Position numbers and translations under genes: made by a program | NCBI GenBank assembly: GCA_963796275.1 | Contig: CAWCKY010000003.1 | Span: forward strand, 352,001 to 416,000 | Length of the DNA: 64,000 bases | Reading direction: 5' to 3' | DNA from: an uncultured Acidobacteriota bacterium | GTDB lineage: Bacteria > Acidobacteriota > Blastocatellia > RBC074 | Part shown: positions 50,468-62,054 of the stretch, piece by piece | Layout of the letters: each line of letters opens with the position of its first letter | Numbering within the stretch: the first letter of the stretch is position 1 | Notes under the pieces: model-generated | The model's database searches: none | The model's input: only the letters and a program-made list of their open reading frames with translations | What the model was told of the DNA's origin: nothing

Positions 50468-53400
50468 ATGAAAAAAATGCAGCACTCCCTTGCAGGACTC
50501 CCAACCAGGTTTCTCCTACTTATCACAATATTTCTCCTCTCCTGCATTGCAGGATATGCGCAAGAGACGCGCAGTGCGGTTCTCGGAACAGTCAGAGATG
50601 CGTCCGGCGCAGTTATCGCCGGCGCTTTCATCGAGATCACCAACGTCGATACCAACACTACGACCAGAATCACGTCCAACGAGAGCGGCTACTTTGAAGC
50701 GCCCTATTTGTTGCCGGCGACATACAACATTATTGTCAGCGCGACGGGGTTCAAGAGACATTTACAGCGCGGGCTCGCATTGACGGTTAACAGCCGCGTC
50801 AATGTGGATGTGACGCTCGAGGTCGGGGAAACGAGCGACTCGGTAGAAGTGATGGCTACCGCACCCCTGCTCGAAACGACGACCGGCAGCGGCACATCTT
50901 CGCTCGAAAAGCGGCAGATCACCGACCTGCCCGCGATGAGCAACAGCGCGATCCTGTTGGCCCGCGGCATGCCCGGCATGCAATGGACGGCGCAGCCCAA
51001 CTATCTGGGCATGCACTCGAATGCGGGCGGTTCGTCGGTCAGCGCAGTAGGCGGCGTCGGCGGCAACGAATTTTCCCTCGACGGTGTGCCCAACTCGGCC
51101 TCTGGAAGGCGGGCGGGTTATCTGCCTTACACCGACACGATCGCAGAATTCAAAGTCGAGACTGCGCCCTTTGACGCCAGCAAAGGCCATACGACCAGCG
51201 CGACGATCTCGATGTCGACCAAGAGCGGCACTAACGATTATCACGGCGCGCTCACCTGGCAGCACTGGCAGCAGCGCTGGAATGCGACCCAGAGCACTAC
51301 CAATTCCTCTCATTGGTCTCGCATCTGGCAACTCCGGGGTAGTCAGTCCGCCAGCGACAGGGAACTGGCTGAGCAATTGGCATCGGGAAGCGCGCAGCCT
51401 CCCGGGCGCTCGAACAACTGGGCTGGTTCGGTCGGAGGGCCGGTGCGTATACCCAAGCTTTACAATGGCAAGGACAAGCTATTCTTCTTTTTCGCGTACA
51501 ACGCCGCCAGGGACGTCAAGACGGAAGAGGCGACTGCTATAAACCGCACCGTGCCGAGCGACGCACACCGGCGCGGAGATTTTTCCGACCTGAAGGCGCT
51601 TGACCCGGACCGTTACACGATTTATGACCCTCGCACTGCCAGGTTGGTCAACGGCGTCGTGACGCGTGATCCCTTCCCTAACAACCAGGTGCCGATACTC
51701 AACCCGCTGTACAAGTTTTACGAGGCACTCTACCCGCGCGCCAACAACGTCCCCGGCGTGGTATCGGTAGAGGGCAACAATAATTATCTTGCTTCGGCGA
51801 CTCCGTTCAATTGGGACTACAGTGCGTTCACCAATCGCGTAGACCTCCAGCTCACGCCGAAACAGCGCATGTTCGGCAAGTGGAGCTACAGTAATTTCAA
51901 CCCCGAAAATCGTGGTGATTGGGTATATGAGACCAAGCCCGGGCTTCTGCAGGCTGGCCTGGTGCGCAAGAATATCGGTATCACTTTCGACCACGTCTAC
52001 ACATTCAATTCGACGACGATCTTCAACTGGTCTATTGCCTGGAATCGCTTCATCGAGGGCAACGCCTCCAATGATGTGCAGACCAGTATCCCGCCCAGCG
52101 CCGTAGGGTTGCCAAGCTATATGGATCAGAAGGCCGGGCAGTTCATTCACTTGCCGAATCTGGAATTCGGCGCATATAGCGATTTCGCTCGTGGCTACCC
52201 GGGCTTCGGCCGCTTCAGCGTCGGCACGATCCGCGGCGAGTTGTCTAAATATATAGGCACTCACAGCGTGCGTTTCGGGCTTGATATGCGCGGAAACTGG
52301 CGCGCGACGGACGGTCCGGGGAACAGCTCCGGCGCCTTCTCCTACAATAACTCGTTCACGCGCCAGAGACAGAACACTTCCAACGCCGGCGGGCTGGGCC
52401 TCGAATGGGCCGCCTTTATGCTGGGCCTTCCGAGCGGGGTTTCGATCAGCACCAACGACGACTTATACCTTTGGAACAAGTTTTACTCCGGTTACGTTCA
52501 GGACGATTGGAAGGTGAGCCGCAAACTCACCCTCAATCTCGGCCTGCGTTATGAATTCGAAGGCGCCTTCCGCGAGCGGTTCAATCGCGGCCTGATGGAA
52601 TTCGACCTGGAGTCTCCCTTACCGATCACTCAGTTGGCGCAAGCAGCCTATGCGGCGTTGCCGACCCCCAATAACATCCCGCTGCCTCCGGCGAGCGAGT
52701 TCATCGTCAAGGGCGGCTCGCAATACCTGGGTCATAACGGCCAACCCGAGTCGATAAACCAGGGTCAGCCGGGTTGGATGCCGCGCCTCGGCTTCGCCTA
52801 TCAGATCAACGACAACACGGTGCTGCGCGGCGGTTGGGGAATGTTTTATGATACGAACAACGTGACGAATGACGGTTTGAACCAGGGACAGTTCAACCGT
52901 GGGACGGGGACAGTGATCACGACCGACAATGGATTGTCGTTCAACAACACCAACTGGGATTCAGCTGAGTGCGATGCGGATATCTTCAATTGCCGAACAA
53001 TCCTCTCCGATCCTTTCCCGGTGCGTAACAACATCGACGGGACGCGTTTCGATACGCCGACCGGCAGTGCGCTCGGCTTGATGTCGTTGCAGGGGCGCGG
53101 CTTCACTTACCTGCCTCGTGACTGGAAGCGTGCGCGGCAACATCGCTTCCGCATCGGATTGCAGCGTCAGATCGGCAGCACTTTCGCGCTTGAAGTGGCT
53201 TATCTCGGCTCACGCACCGATCAGCTTTCGGTAGGACAACGCCTGGACCCGCTGCCTGAGGGCATTTTTGCGAAAGGGTTGATCCGCAATCCCCGGCTCG
53301 CCAGTGACCTGAACGGGACTGTCACGAATCCGTTCTTCATTGAGAATTTTGTGTCGCTCGCGACAACGCATCCGTTGATTTATCAGGATATGCAAAAGAA

Positions 53401-54325
53401 CGGGTTCTTCACTAACCGGAACATAGGCAAGTCGCAACTGTTCCGGGCTTACCCCAACATGAACGGCCTGACGAATGGGCGCGTGCCCGACGGCGAACAG
53501 GTCTACGACCATCTGGAGGTCAGCGTCACCAAGCGATTCTCGCGGGGCTTCAGCTTCCAGGCTGCGTATCTCTGGTCATCGAACCTCCAGCGCACTACGC
53601 GTGAGAACGAATTTGACGACGATCTGGTCTGGCAGCCGAGCAACAACTCCGTGCCGCATAGCCTGAGCGTCAATTTCATCTACGAGTTCCCCTTCGGTAA
53701 AGGCAGGAAGTTTCTGTCCAACAACAAATGGTTGAATGCTTTCGTGGGCGGCTGGCAGATCGGCGGCATCTACACTAAGCAGAGCGGCCGCATCTACGGA
53801 CTGGGGAACTGGTTCTATTATGGCGACGACCTGCGCGCCATTGCCAAAGATACGAAGGACCAGACGGTGGAATCGTGGTTCAACTGGGAGCTCTTTCCCG
53901 GCGCATCGCGCGATTTCAGCTCGTCCAACCGGGAACCATATGAAGCGCGGATCCGACAGCTTATTCCGGAATCGATCATCCAGCAAATGGGTAATATTTG
54001 CGGGGGGAGTCAAAACCAGCGCTGCACATATGACAATGTAACTCCGACCAACTTCCGGCCGGATTCGTTCCACGTCCGCGTCTTCCCGAACTCGCTCAAC
54101 TGGTTGCGCGGCCATGGCAAGAACCAGATCGACGCCAACTTTTTGCGCCGATTCCGGGTAACTGAGACCAAGGACTTCGAATTCCGGCTCGATTTGATCA
54201 ACGCGTTCAACCATGTGCTCTGGGACAACCCGAATACCGATATCGCCGCCTCTAATTTCGGGCGCGTCACCACGCAGTGGAATACACCGCGTTTCATCCA
54301 ATTTCAATTGCGGTTTCTCTTTTAA
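50468..54325 (+). CDS. TonB-dependent receptor with carboxypeptidase-regulatory-like N-domain (Oar-like)
   Basis: Signal peptide, GTVRDASGAVIAGA, TKSGTNDYHG, QDDWKVSRKLTLNLGLRYE, C-terminal QFQLRFLF. Confidence 0.92.
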   Translation: MKKMQHSLAGLPTRFLLLITIFLLSCIAGYAQETRSAVLGTVRDASGAVIAGAFIEITNVDTNTTTRITSNESGYFEAPYLLPATYNIIVSATGFKRHLQRGLALTVNSRVNVDVTLEVGETSDSVEVMATAPLLETTTGSGTSSLEKRQITDLPAMSNSAILLARGMPGMQWTAQPNYLGMHSNAGGSSVSAVGGVGGNEFSLDGVPNSASGRRAGYLPYTDTIAEFKVETAPFDASKGHTTSATISMSTKSGTNDYHGALTWQHWQQRWNATQSTTNSSHWSRIWQLRGSQSASDRELAEQLASGSAQPPGRSNNWAGSVGGPVRIPKLYNGKDKLFFFFAYNAARDVKTEEATAINRTVPSDAHRRGDFSDLKALDPDRYTIYDPRTARLVNGVVTRDPFPNNQVPILNPLYKFYEALYPRANNVPGVVSVEGNNNYLASATPFNWDYSAFTNRVDLQLTPKQRMFGKWSYSNFNPENRGDWVYETKPGLLQAGLVRKNIGITFDHVYTFNSTTIFNWSIAWNRFIEGNASNDVQTSIPPSAVGLPSYMDQKAGQFIHLPNLEFGAYSDFARGYPGFGRFSVGTIRGELSKYIGTHSVRFGLDMRGNWRATDGPGNSSGAFSYNNSFTRQRQNTSNAGGLGLEWAAFMLGLPSGVSISTNDDLYLWNKFYSGYVQDDWKVSRKLTLNLGLRYEFEGAFRERFNRGLMEFDLESPLPITQLAQAAYAALPTPNNIPLPPASEFIVKGGSQYLGHNGQPESINQGQPGWMPRLGFAYQINDNTVLRGGWGMFYDTNNVTNDGLNQGQFNRGTGTVITTDNGLSFNNTNWDSAECDADIFNCRTILSDPFPVRNNIDGTRFDTPTGSALGLMSLQGRGFTYLPRDWKRARQHRFRIGLQRQIGSTFALEVAYLGSRTDQLSVGQRLDPLPEGIFAKGLIRNPRLASDLNGTVTNPFFIENFVSLATTHPLIYQDMQKNGFFTNRNIGKSQLFRAYPNMNGLTNGRVPDGEQVYDHLEVSVTKRFSRGFSFQAAYLWSSNLQRTTRENEFDDDLVWQPSNNSVPHSLSVNFIYEFPFGKGRKFLSNNKWLNAFVGGWQIGGIYTKQSGRIYGLGNWFYYGDDLRAIAKDTKDQTVESWFNWELFPGASRDFSSSNREPYEARIRQLIPESIIQQMGNICGGSQNQRCTYDNVTPTNFRPDSFHVRVFPNSLNWLRGHGKNQIDANFLRRFRVTETKDFEFRLDLINAFNHVLWDNPNTDIAASNFGRVTTQWNTPRFIQFQLRFLF

Positions 54326-54353
54326 GAGATTGTGAAAAGCTCTTTCACAACTC
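54326..54353 (+). terminator. Stem-loop directly after the stop codon
   Basis: ttgtgaaa-agctc-tttcacaa; no clear U-tract. Confidence 0.4.
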
Positions 54354-54375
54354 AAACGCTGAGCGGAGAGATGCT

Positions 54376-54456
54376 GATTCACCATAAAACTCACATTAGT
54401 AGATCAAAAGATACAAAAATGGCTTTTGATCTCTTTTGTGTTTTTTGTGGTGAATC
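54376..54456. repeat. Intergenic inverted-repeat element (CACAAAA type)
   Basis: gattcaccataaaa...agatcaaaag / cttttgatct...ttttgtggtgaatc. Confidence 0.8.
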
Positions 54457-54481
54457 TTCTTTCTAAAAATATAAAAGTAGG

Positions 54482-57400
54482 GTGATTATGAATTTTCAAC
54501 AGGACTTTAACCAGATCATGCGCATCCTCGGATATGCCGGCGAGCGTCTGGCAATTATGCTGCTGGCATTACTGGTTGCGACCTCGTACGCGCAAGCCCA
54601 GGCTGTTAAGGGCTCGCTGCTCGGCACTATCACCGACACGACCGGAGCCGCGGTGGCCAATTCAACCATAACAATTACCGAGACGCGTACCAACATAGTC
54701 ATCACGACCACCACAAATGCGAGCGGTAATTATGTGTTCTCGAACCTGCAGGACGGCGTCTACCGCGTGGAGGCCAGCCTATCGGGCTTTAAGAGAGTCG
54801 TCCGCGAGGATGTTGAGGTAAAAGTCAATACGACCATTCGCGTCGACCTGACGATGGAAGTCGGCAACGTTTCCGAATCCGTTCAGGTAACGGGCGAAGC
54901 GCCGCTTCTGCAAACCGACCGCGCTGATACGGGGCGCCTGATCGAAAGCAAGCAGGTCTCACAGCTTCCTCTCGGGTTCAGCCGGAACTTTCAGGGGCTG
55001 CTGGTCACGGTGCCGGGTGCGACGCGGCCGTCTCGTCCGCACTCGGAGTTCTTCAACCCTCAGGACAGCCTCGAATCTAAGGTCAACGGCCAGTCGCGTA
55101 TGTCCAATAACTTCCAGATCGAGGGCGTGAACAATAATCACAAGACCGGCTTGTTGACTGTGCTGATACCCGCCGCCGATGCGATCGAGAGCGTCAGCAT
55201 CTCGACCAGCAACTTCGACGCGGAGCTGGGAGCCGCGGGCGGGGCTGTCTCTTCGGTCACGCTCAAATCGGGAACGAACGACATCCACGGGAGCGCCTGG
55301 TTCTTCGGCAATAACGAGAACACGCGCGCAAGCGAATATTTTTCACACAATAGGGCGCCGACCCGTTATCGCCAGCTCGGCGTCGCGGTCGGCGGTCCCA
55401 TCCTGAAGAATAAACTTTTCTATTTCGGCGATTACCAGTACACCAGCGATAAGCTGGGCAAGGTCAACCGGCACATCATCCCGATAATGGACTGGCGGAA
55501 CGGCGACTTTCGCAATGCGGTCGATGCACAGGGACTACCGGTGAATATCTATGATCCAGCCACGGGTAATGCAGATGGGACGGGGCGAGCGCAGATCAGT
55601 TGCGAAGGCGTGCTGAACGTCATCTGCCCGGGCCGCATCAGCCAGATCGCCAGGAATATTATGGCCTTCATCCCTGAGCCCAACATCGCCGGGGTGAGGC
55701 AGGGAAGTGAAAATTTCGTCGTCAACACCGTGCGCGAACGTGTGACGCATTCGTTCGACACTAAGTTGAATTATCAACTTAGTGAAAAGAACCAGTTCGC
55801 CGTGCGCTTCAGCTTCCAACGACCTGAGCTCTTCGATCCCGGCAGCTACGGTATTTACGGCGGACCTGCTAACGACGGCTTCGCCGGCAGCGGCTTCCAG
55901 AACGTTATCAGTTCGGCGGTCAACTATACGCGCACATTCAATCCGCATCTGATCCTCGAGGCGCGCGTCGGAGTGAGCTGGTACGAGAACAAGGCGATCA
56001 CGCAGGCGACGGGATTGAAGACCTCAGATGAGGTTGGGATTACCGGCGTCAATGTAAACGATACGGCGGATGGGTTGACGCGCATCCAGATCAATGGATT
56101 CACCAACCCGGTGGCTGGGTTCTCGCCCAGTCTCCCATGGGATCGCGGCGAAACGACAACGAACTTCACCGGTACGGTCACCCGTTTGTGGGGCAACCAC
56201 ACTTTCAAGGTGGGGGGCGAATTTCGCAGGAATCGCGACTTCCTGCTACAAGTGCAGGACCAGGGAGGCACGCGCGGGCGTTACATCTTCGGCGGAGCAC
56301 AGACGGGGTTGCCTACCGATGCCGCCTCGCAAAACAGCACTGCCAATGCTTTTGCGTCTTTCCTGCTTGACTTGCCCAACAGCGTGGGGCGCGACCTGAC
56401 GGTAATCGATGAGCCGGGAACGCGGAACTGGGCGCTCTTCAGCTTCATCCACGACAAGTGGCAGGTCTCGCAGAAACTAACGCTCGACCTGGGACTCCGC
56501 TACGAATATTACAATCCGCACACCGGTATAGTTAACCAGGGCGGGTTGTCCAACTATGACATCGATAACAATACGCTGCGCGTCTCGGGTTATGGCGATG
56601 TGTCTCAGGATGTCGGTGTGAGGAGCTATTTCTGGAACTTCGCGCCGCGCCTCGGCCTGGCTTATCGATTTAATGACAGGACGGTGGTGCGTGCCGGATT
56701 CGGTAGCAGCATCATTCCTTTTCCGGACAATCGTTATGCGTTCAACTTCCCCGTCAAACAGAACAACCAGTTCAATCCGGCCAACACCTTCGCGGCGGCT
56801 GGATCAATGGCTGCCGGCCTGCCGCCGCCGCAGGTCTTCAATGTCCCCCAGAGCGGGATCATAACGGCAAATACAACGATATTGCTCAATCAAGGATTCT
56901 TCTACGTGCCGTCTAACCTGAAGGAGGCGAGGATACATTCCTGGAACGCGGCTTTCCAGCGCGAATTATTCTGGGGCTTTTCGGGTGAGGTTGCTTACGT
57001 AGGCAACGTCGGGCGCGGCATAATTGCCGATTTCGATCTGAACGCCGGCATGATTCCGGGGCAGGACAACAACGGGCGCCCGTTCTTTCAGAAATTCGGC
57101 AAGACGGCATCGGTTCGGACGTGGTACCCGACCGACACGAGCTACCATTCGATGCAGGTCAAGATTGACCGGCGTTTCTCCAAAGGTCTGCTGGTCAATG
57201 CGTCTTACACTCTGGGGCGCGCCATCGATTTCTCGGATGATAATGGAGGCTTCGCCACGCCTGCAGGATCCGAGCTTGAGCGAGGGCCCCGCCGGCTTCG
57301 ACCGCAGGCATAGCTTTGTGACGAGTTTCGTCTGGGATGTGCCGTTTGCGCGTAACCTGAATCGGTTGGGCAGAGGGCTATTCGGCGGCTGGCAACTGTC

Positions 57401-57827
57401 CGGCATATTCACAACGCAATCGGGGACGCCGATCGACATTTTTGCCAGCGGCGCGAGCCTGCGGGCGCCTGGAAACACGCAGCGCCCGGTTCTCAATGGC
57501 GAGCCGGATATCATCGGCGCGATCGGTCAGGGCTCGTTCTTTTTCGACACATCGGCCTTCGGGCCGCCGCCGATCAACGCGTTCAGCAGCCTGACCCGTA
57601 ACGGTTCGATCAGAGGGCCGCGTTACATAAACCTGGACAGCTCGCTGGTCAAGCGCTTCCGCTTCACCGAGCGGATAGGGGGCGAGTTTCGCATAGATGC
57701 GCTGAACGTCACCAACACCCCGAACTTCAATAACCCGAACGGTGAGTTTGGGAACAGATTGTTCGGGCAGGTCACGACTGCGTTCGGCGAGCGACTGGTG
57801 CGCTTGGGAGCGCGGGTGACGTTTTAA
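54482..57827 (+). pseudogene. TonB-dependent receptor (Oar-like) with one +1 frameshift, probably a sequence error
   Basis: ORFs 54482..57313 and 57165..57827 join by deleting one G at 57266-67 (FATPADPSLSEGPAGFDR), giving 1114 aa ending RLGARVTF. Confidence 0.88.
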
Positions 57828-57867
57828 ATATTAGTTGCATAGCCCGGCACCGAAACCGCGGCGGAAA

Positions 57868-58062
57868 TCAGACGGTGGTGAAGCGTAACGGAACCACCGG
57901 AACCACCGTTCGTTATTGCCTTTGCGCCCCAGCAGGTGCGCCGGACCATATACGATGAAGAGAAGATTTCGCACTTCAGAACCACATCCAGCACCCCTGC
58001 CGGGGTGCGATGTGAAGGCGCACAGTTACCGGTGGCTCCGCTACGCTCCACCACCGGCTAAT
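57868..58062. repeat. Degenerate REPIN-like palindromic element
   Basis: cagacggtggtgaagcgtaacggaaccaccgg pairs with ccggtggctccgctacgctccaccaccggcta; inner gcgccccagcaggtgc / gcacccctgccggggtgc hairpins. Confidence 0.75.
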
Positions 58063-58344
58063 ATCCACCGCCCTTTCAGGGCGAAGAGCAATGATCGCAA
58101 TTCACACCGTCGCTACGCGACGAAGAAAATGCATTCTTCGATCAAATATCAGGGTAGCGACAGGCTTGTAGCGTAGTGGAAACCCATTCAGGGTAATGTG
58201 CATTTACTTTCAAAGACCATCATCGAACTAGATAGACAGTTACTTGATTACGGAGAAGTCGTTCAGTCCCTCGGTGACGACGCTCTGAAATACCGACAAT
58301 AACTGGGGCGCAGGCGCTCCCCTTAGATGTATAGGAGGATAATT

Positions 58345-61300
58345 ATGGATACTAAATTCAGCTGCAACACACTGAAACGCCTCCTGATCTACACATCATT
58401 ATTACTATTTGTAGTAATGATTCCTCAATTAAATCAGGCTCAGGTGCTCTATGGCTCGATCGTCGGCAATGTGACCGACACCAACGGCGCAGCGGTTGCC
58501 GGGGCAACAATCAATATCACACACAAAGAGACTGGCCAGGCGCGCCAGGCTGTCACTGACGCCAGCGGCAGTTACGATTTTCCAACGGTGCTTGCCGGAA
58601 CATACACGGTCAAGGTCGGTAAATCCGGTTTTAAGACAATGACCAGGGAGACCATTGCGGTCACGCTCAACAACGTTACGCGAGCAGACATCTGGTTGGA
58701 GGTAGGGGAAGTAACTGAGAATATTGTTATCACCGCTGAATCGGCACAGCTCAAGACCGACCGCGCTGAAGTGAGCTCGGAATTGACGAGCCGGCCGCTG
58801 CGCGATCTTCCGGTCCCGTTGGGACGCAACTATCAGAATCTCTTCAAGACTTTGCCCGGCATGACGCCGCCCGAAAACGCGCACTCGATCCCCTCTAACC
58901 CATCACGCTCGCTCGTCTTCAATGTCAACGGGGCGAGCCGTTCATCGAACAACACTCGCATTGACGGCGCAAGCGCCACCAACGTATGGCTGCCACACGT
59001 CACCGCTTACGTGCCTGCGCTCGAATCGATCGAGACGGTCAATGTCGTAACCAACAGCTTCGACGCCGAGCAAGGGCTCGCCGGCGGCGCGGCGATCAAC
59101 GTGCAGATCAAGAGTGGTACGAACAATTTCCATGGCTCCGGGTTCGAGTTTCACAATAACCAGCACCTGAACGCGCGCAACTTCTTCCTGCCACTCAACC
59201 CTGATCGCACGCTCCGCAACAAGGGCAAGGTTGTCTATAATCAGTTTGGCGGCACTTTCGGAGGCCCGATCATCAAGGATAAGCTCTTTTTCTTCACGAG
59301 CTACGAAGATACGCGAGATCGCCGCAATGCCGAGCGTTCCAATCTGAACGTTCCCTCGACGGCAATCAGGAACGGCGATTTCAGGAACACGGGCGTGACC
59401 ATCTATGACCCATTCGACGCTAGTGGTAACCTGATCGCAAATCCTGTGAATCGCCAGGTCGTCACGTGCAACGGCGTACAGAATGTGATCTGCCCGGATC
59501 GCATCAATCAGGTTACCCAAAAGCTCATCCCTCTAATTCCGATGTCGAACCAGCTGGGTGCCGATCCCGAAATCAATAACTATTTCGCTTCGGCGCCGTT
59601 CATCTTCGACCGCTGGACCCTCGATACGAAGGTCAACTATAACGTCACGTCAAAGTTCAATATGTTCGGGCGCTTCAGCGTGCTCGACTTCTACACATTC
59701 AACCAGCCAACCTGGGGCAACGCGCTTCAAGGTTTCCCGATTGCGGGCGGTAATCCCGGCACCGGCAGCGGCAATACCTTTGTCTTCTCTTCCGGCGGAG
59801 TCTACACCCTGACGTCAAATTTCATAATTGACGGCTATTTCGGATTCGTACGGATGAATTCGAACGCTGTGCAGCCCGACATAGACAGGTCAACCAGCGA
59901 GATCCTGGGTATAGATATACCGGGGATGAACGGCCCCAACTCCTATGAAGGCGGCCTAGGTCGATTCAGTGTCGACGGGTACGAAACTTACGGCCAGACT
60001 GAGAACTACATGCCGTACTTCCGCAGCGACGATCAGTACCAATATGTCGCCAACGCCAACTGGATACGCCGCTCGCACAACATCCGCTTCGGGATGGACT
60101 TCTACGTGCAAAGCCTGAATCACACACAGCCAGAGGTTACCGGCACGAGCTACGGCGCGCGCGGCGGTTTCACCTTCGGCAATGGCCCGACTCGAATTCC
60201 GAGCGCGTCCGGGACGCGGTTCCATTCCTGGGCGGGTTTTCTACTCGGGCTTCCGACGGAGCTTGGACGGCTGTCCGAAAACGTCGCGCCCTACACTACG
60301 CGCAACAAGGCGCTAAGCTTTTATGTGCGCGATCAGTGGCAGATCAATCCGCGATTGACGTTATCCTACGGCACGCGCTATGAATATTTTCCGATTCCTA
60401 CGCGCAACGACCGCGGGCTCGAGCGCTACAATGTGAACACTAATATGATGGAGATTGGCGGCGTCGGCTCGATCCCGACCAATCTGGGCGTAAAGGTCAG
60501 CACGCGATTGTTCGCCCCGCGTTTAGGCCTGGCCTGGCGACCCAACGAGAAGCTGGTGATCCGCGCCGGGTACGGCATCAGCAACGATCCATATGCGCTG
60601 GCGCGTCCGATGCGCACCAATCACCCGATCCTGACCAATCTGGTTGTGATGTCGGAAAACTTTTTCTGGGCGCGCAGCAGCTCTTCGGGTGCTTTACAGG
60701 CAAATCGCTTTTCGGAGGGTATCCCGCCCGTCCCGGATGTGGGCGTCGGTAATGGGGTCATCGCAATGCCGACCGATGTCTCAGTGGTTACTCTACCCGA
60801 CGAATTCGACCGCGGCTACATTCAGTCGTGGAACCTGTCAGTGCAGCGCGAGCTGAAGATGGGCTTCACGGGCGAGGTCGCCTACGTGGCGACGCGCCAG
60901 ATCGGCCAGCTCGGGTTCGCCGAGCTGAACTGGTCGCCGGTCGGTGGCGGCCAAGCAGGTCGTCTGTTGAACACCGGAGTATTTGGTCGCAGGGCCCAGA
61001 CCCAATTGGTGTCGCCGGTCGGCAACAGTCACTATGACGCCATGCAGATGCGTTTAGAGCGTCGCTTCCGAGATTTCTACCAGTTTGGTTTCAATTACAC
61101 ATGGTCGAAGTCGATCACAACCGCGGGGATTCCCGATAGCGACAATACACTCCGCATAGATATCCCCCAGTACTTCGATCTCAATCGTTCGGTCAGTAAC
61201 TTTGATCGAACCCATAATGTGCAGATCTCCAACATAATTGAGCTACCGTTCGGTAAAGGGCGTAAATGGCTCAGCAACGGCGGTGTGCTGTCGGGGATAG

Positions 61301-61782
61301 TGGGCGGTTGGCAACTGAATAACATCTTCAGCTTCCTGAGCGGCCAACCATTCAGCGTGACGGCTGACGGCGCGTCGCTCAATGCGCCCGAAAGCGACCA
61401 GCGCGCTGATCTTGTTAAGAGTGAGGTGACTAAGCTCGGCGGAGTGGGTCCAGGCAATCCATACTTCGATCCGTCTGCCTTTGCCGACCCGTTGCGACGA
61501 TTAACCGGCCAATTCGGCTTCGGCACGGCAGGCTGGAATCTGTTGCGCGGCCCTGGCATCAGCAGCTGGGACTTCGGTCTATTCCGACAGTTCCCAATTA
61601 CGGAGAGGGTAACGTTGCAATTCCGGGCTGAATCGTTCAACTTTACGAATACGCCGAAGTTCAACAATCCGGGTACCAACAATAATACCAGCGTCTCCAA
61701 CAACGGCTTTATGGAGATCACCGGCACGAGGCTTGACTTCCCGGAACGCCAGTTCCGGTTCGGGCTGAGGGTTAGTTTCTAA
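58345..61782 (+). CDS. TonB-dependent receptor (Oar-like)
   Basis: AGGAGG RBS before ATG 58345; GNVTDTNGAAVAGA, KSGTNNFHG, DQWQINPRLTLSYGTRYE, C-terminal FGLRVSF. Confidence 0.92.
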   Translation: MDTKFSCNTLKRLLIYTSLLLFVVMIPQLNQAQVLYGSIVGNVTDTNGAAVAGATINITHKETGQARQAVTDASGSYDFPTVLAGTYTVKVGKSGFKTMTRETIAVTLNNVTRADIWLEVGEVTENIVITAESAQLKTDRAEVSSELTSRPLRDLPVPLGRNYQNLFKTLPGMTPPENAHSIPSNPSRSLVFNVNGASRSSNNTRIDGASATNVWLPHVTAYVPALESIETVNVVTNSFDAEQGLAGGAAINVQIKSGTNNFHGSGFEFHNNQHLNARNFFLPLNPDRTLRNKGKVVYNQFGGTFGGPIIKDKLFFFTSYEDTRDRRNAERSNLNVPSTAIRNGDFRNTGVTIYDPFDASGNLIANPVNRQVVTCNGVQNVICPDRINQVTQKLIPLIPMSNQLGADPEINNYFASAPFIFDRWTLDTKVNYNVTSKFNMFGRFSVLDFYTFNQPTWGNALQGFPIAGGNPGTGSGNTFVFSSGGVYTLTSNFIIDGYFGFVRMNSNAVQPDIDRSTSEILGIDIPGMNGPNSYEGGLGRFSVDGYETYGQTENYMPYFRSDDQYQYVANANWIRRSHNIRFGMDFYVQSLNHTQPEVTGTSYGARGGFTFGNGPTRIPSASGTRFHSWAGFLLGLPTELGRLSENVAPYTTRNKALSFYVRDQWQINPRLTLSYGTRYEYFPIPTRNDRGLERYNVNTNMMEIGGVGSIPTNLGVKVSTRLFAPRLGLAWRPNEKLVIRAGYGISNDPYALARPMRTNHPILTNLVVMSENFFWARSSSSGALQANRFSEGIPPVPDVGVGNGVIAMPTDVSVVTLPDEFDRGYIQSWNLSVQRELKMGFTGEVAYVATRQIGQLGFAELNWSPVGGGQAGRLLNTGVFGRRAQTQLVSPVGNSHYDAMQMRLERRFRDFYQFGFNYTWSKSITTAGIPDSDNTLRIDIPQYFDLNRSVSNFDRTHNVQISNIIELPFGKGRKWLSNGGVLSGIVGGWQLNNIFSFLSGQPFSVTADGASLNAPESDQRADLVKSEVTKLGGVGPGNPYFDPSAFADPLRRLTGQFGFGTAGWNLLRGPGISSWDFGLFRQFPITERVTLQFRAESFNFTNTPKFNNPGTNNNTSVSNNGFMEITGTRLDFPERQFRFGLRVSF

Positions 61783-62054
61783 AAACAGAATTAGGCCGGC
61801 ATTGGAGTCGATCATTACGAACGATTTCTGAAGGGTCGTTCAATGTCTTCCCGGACGGCCCTGATGATGAAAATAGAAACGATGAAAATAGAGAGGGTCT
61901 AGAGGGATTTTCATGAATCAACACATATAATAGAATCCCGATAAAATCTGACGATCCTTTTTATGTTCTGGGAAATTATCCATGTCGCAATGCGACGCCA
62001 ACCAAGAATGCAGATACTGGGAGTGCGCTTCCGGTATCTGCATAGGAGCAATCG

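Noticed and set aside
61864-61897. Short direct repeat gatgaaaataga x2
   Set aside because: Only two copies in an AT-rich gap; no further structure.
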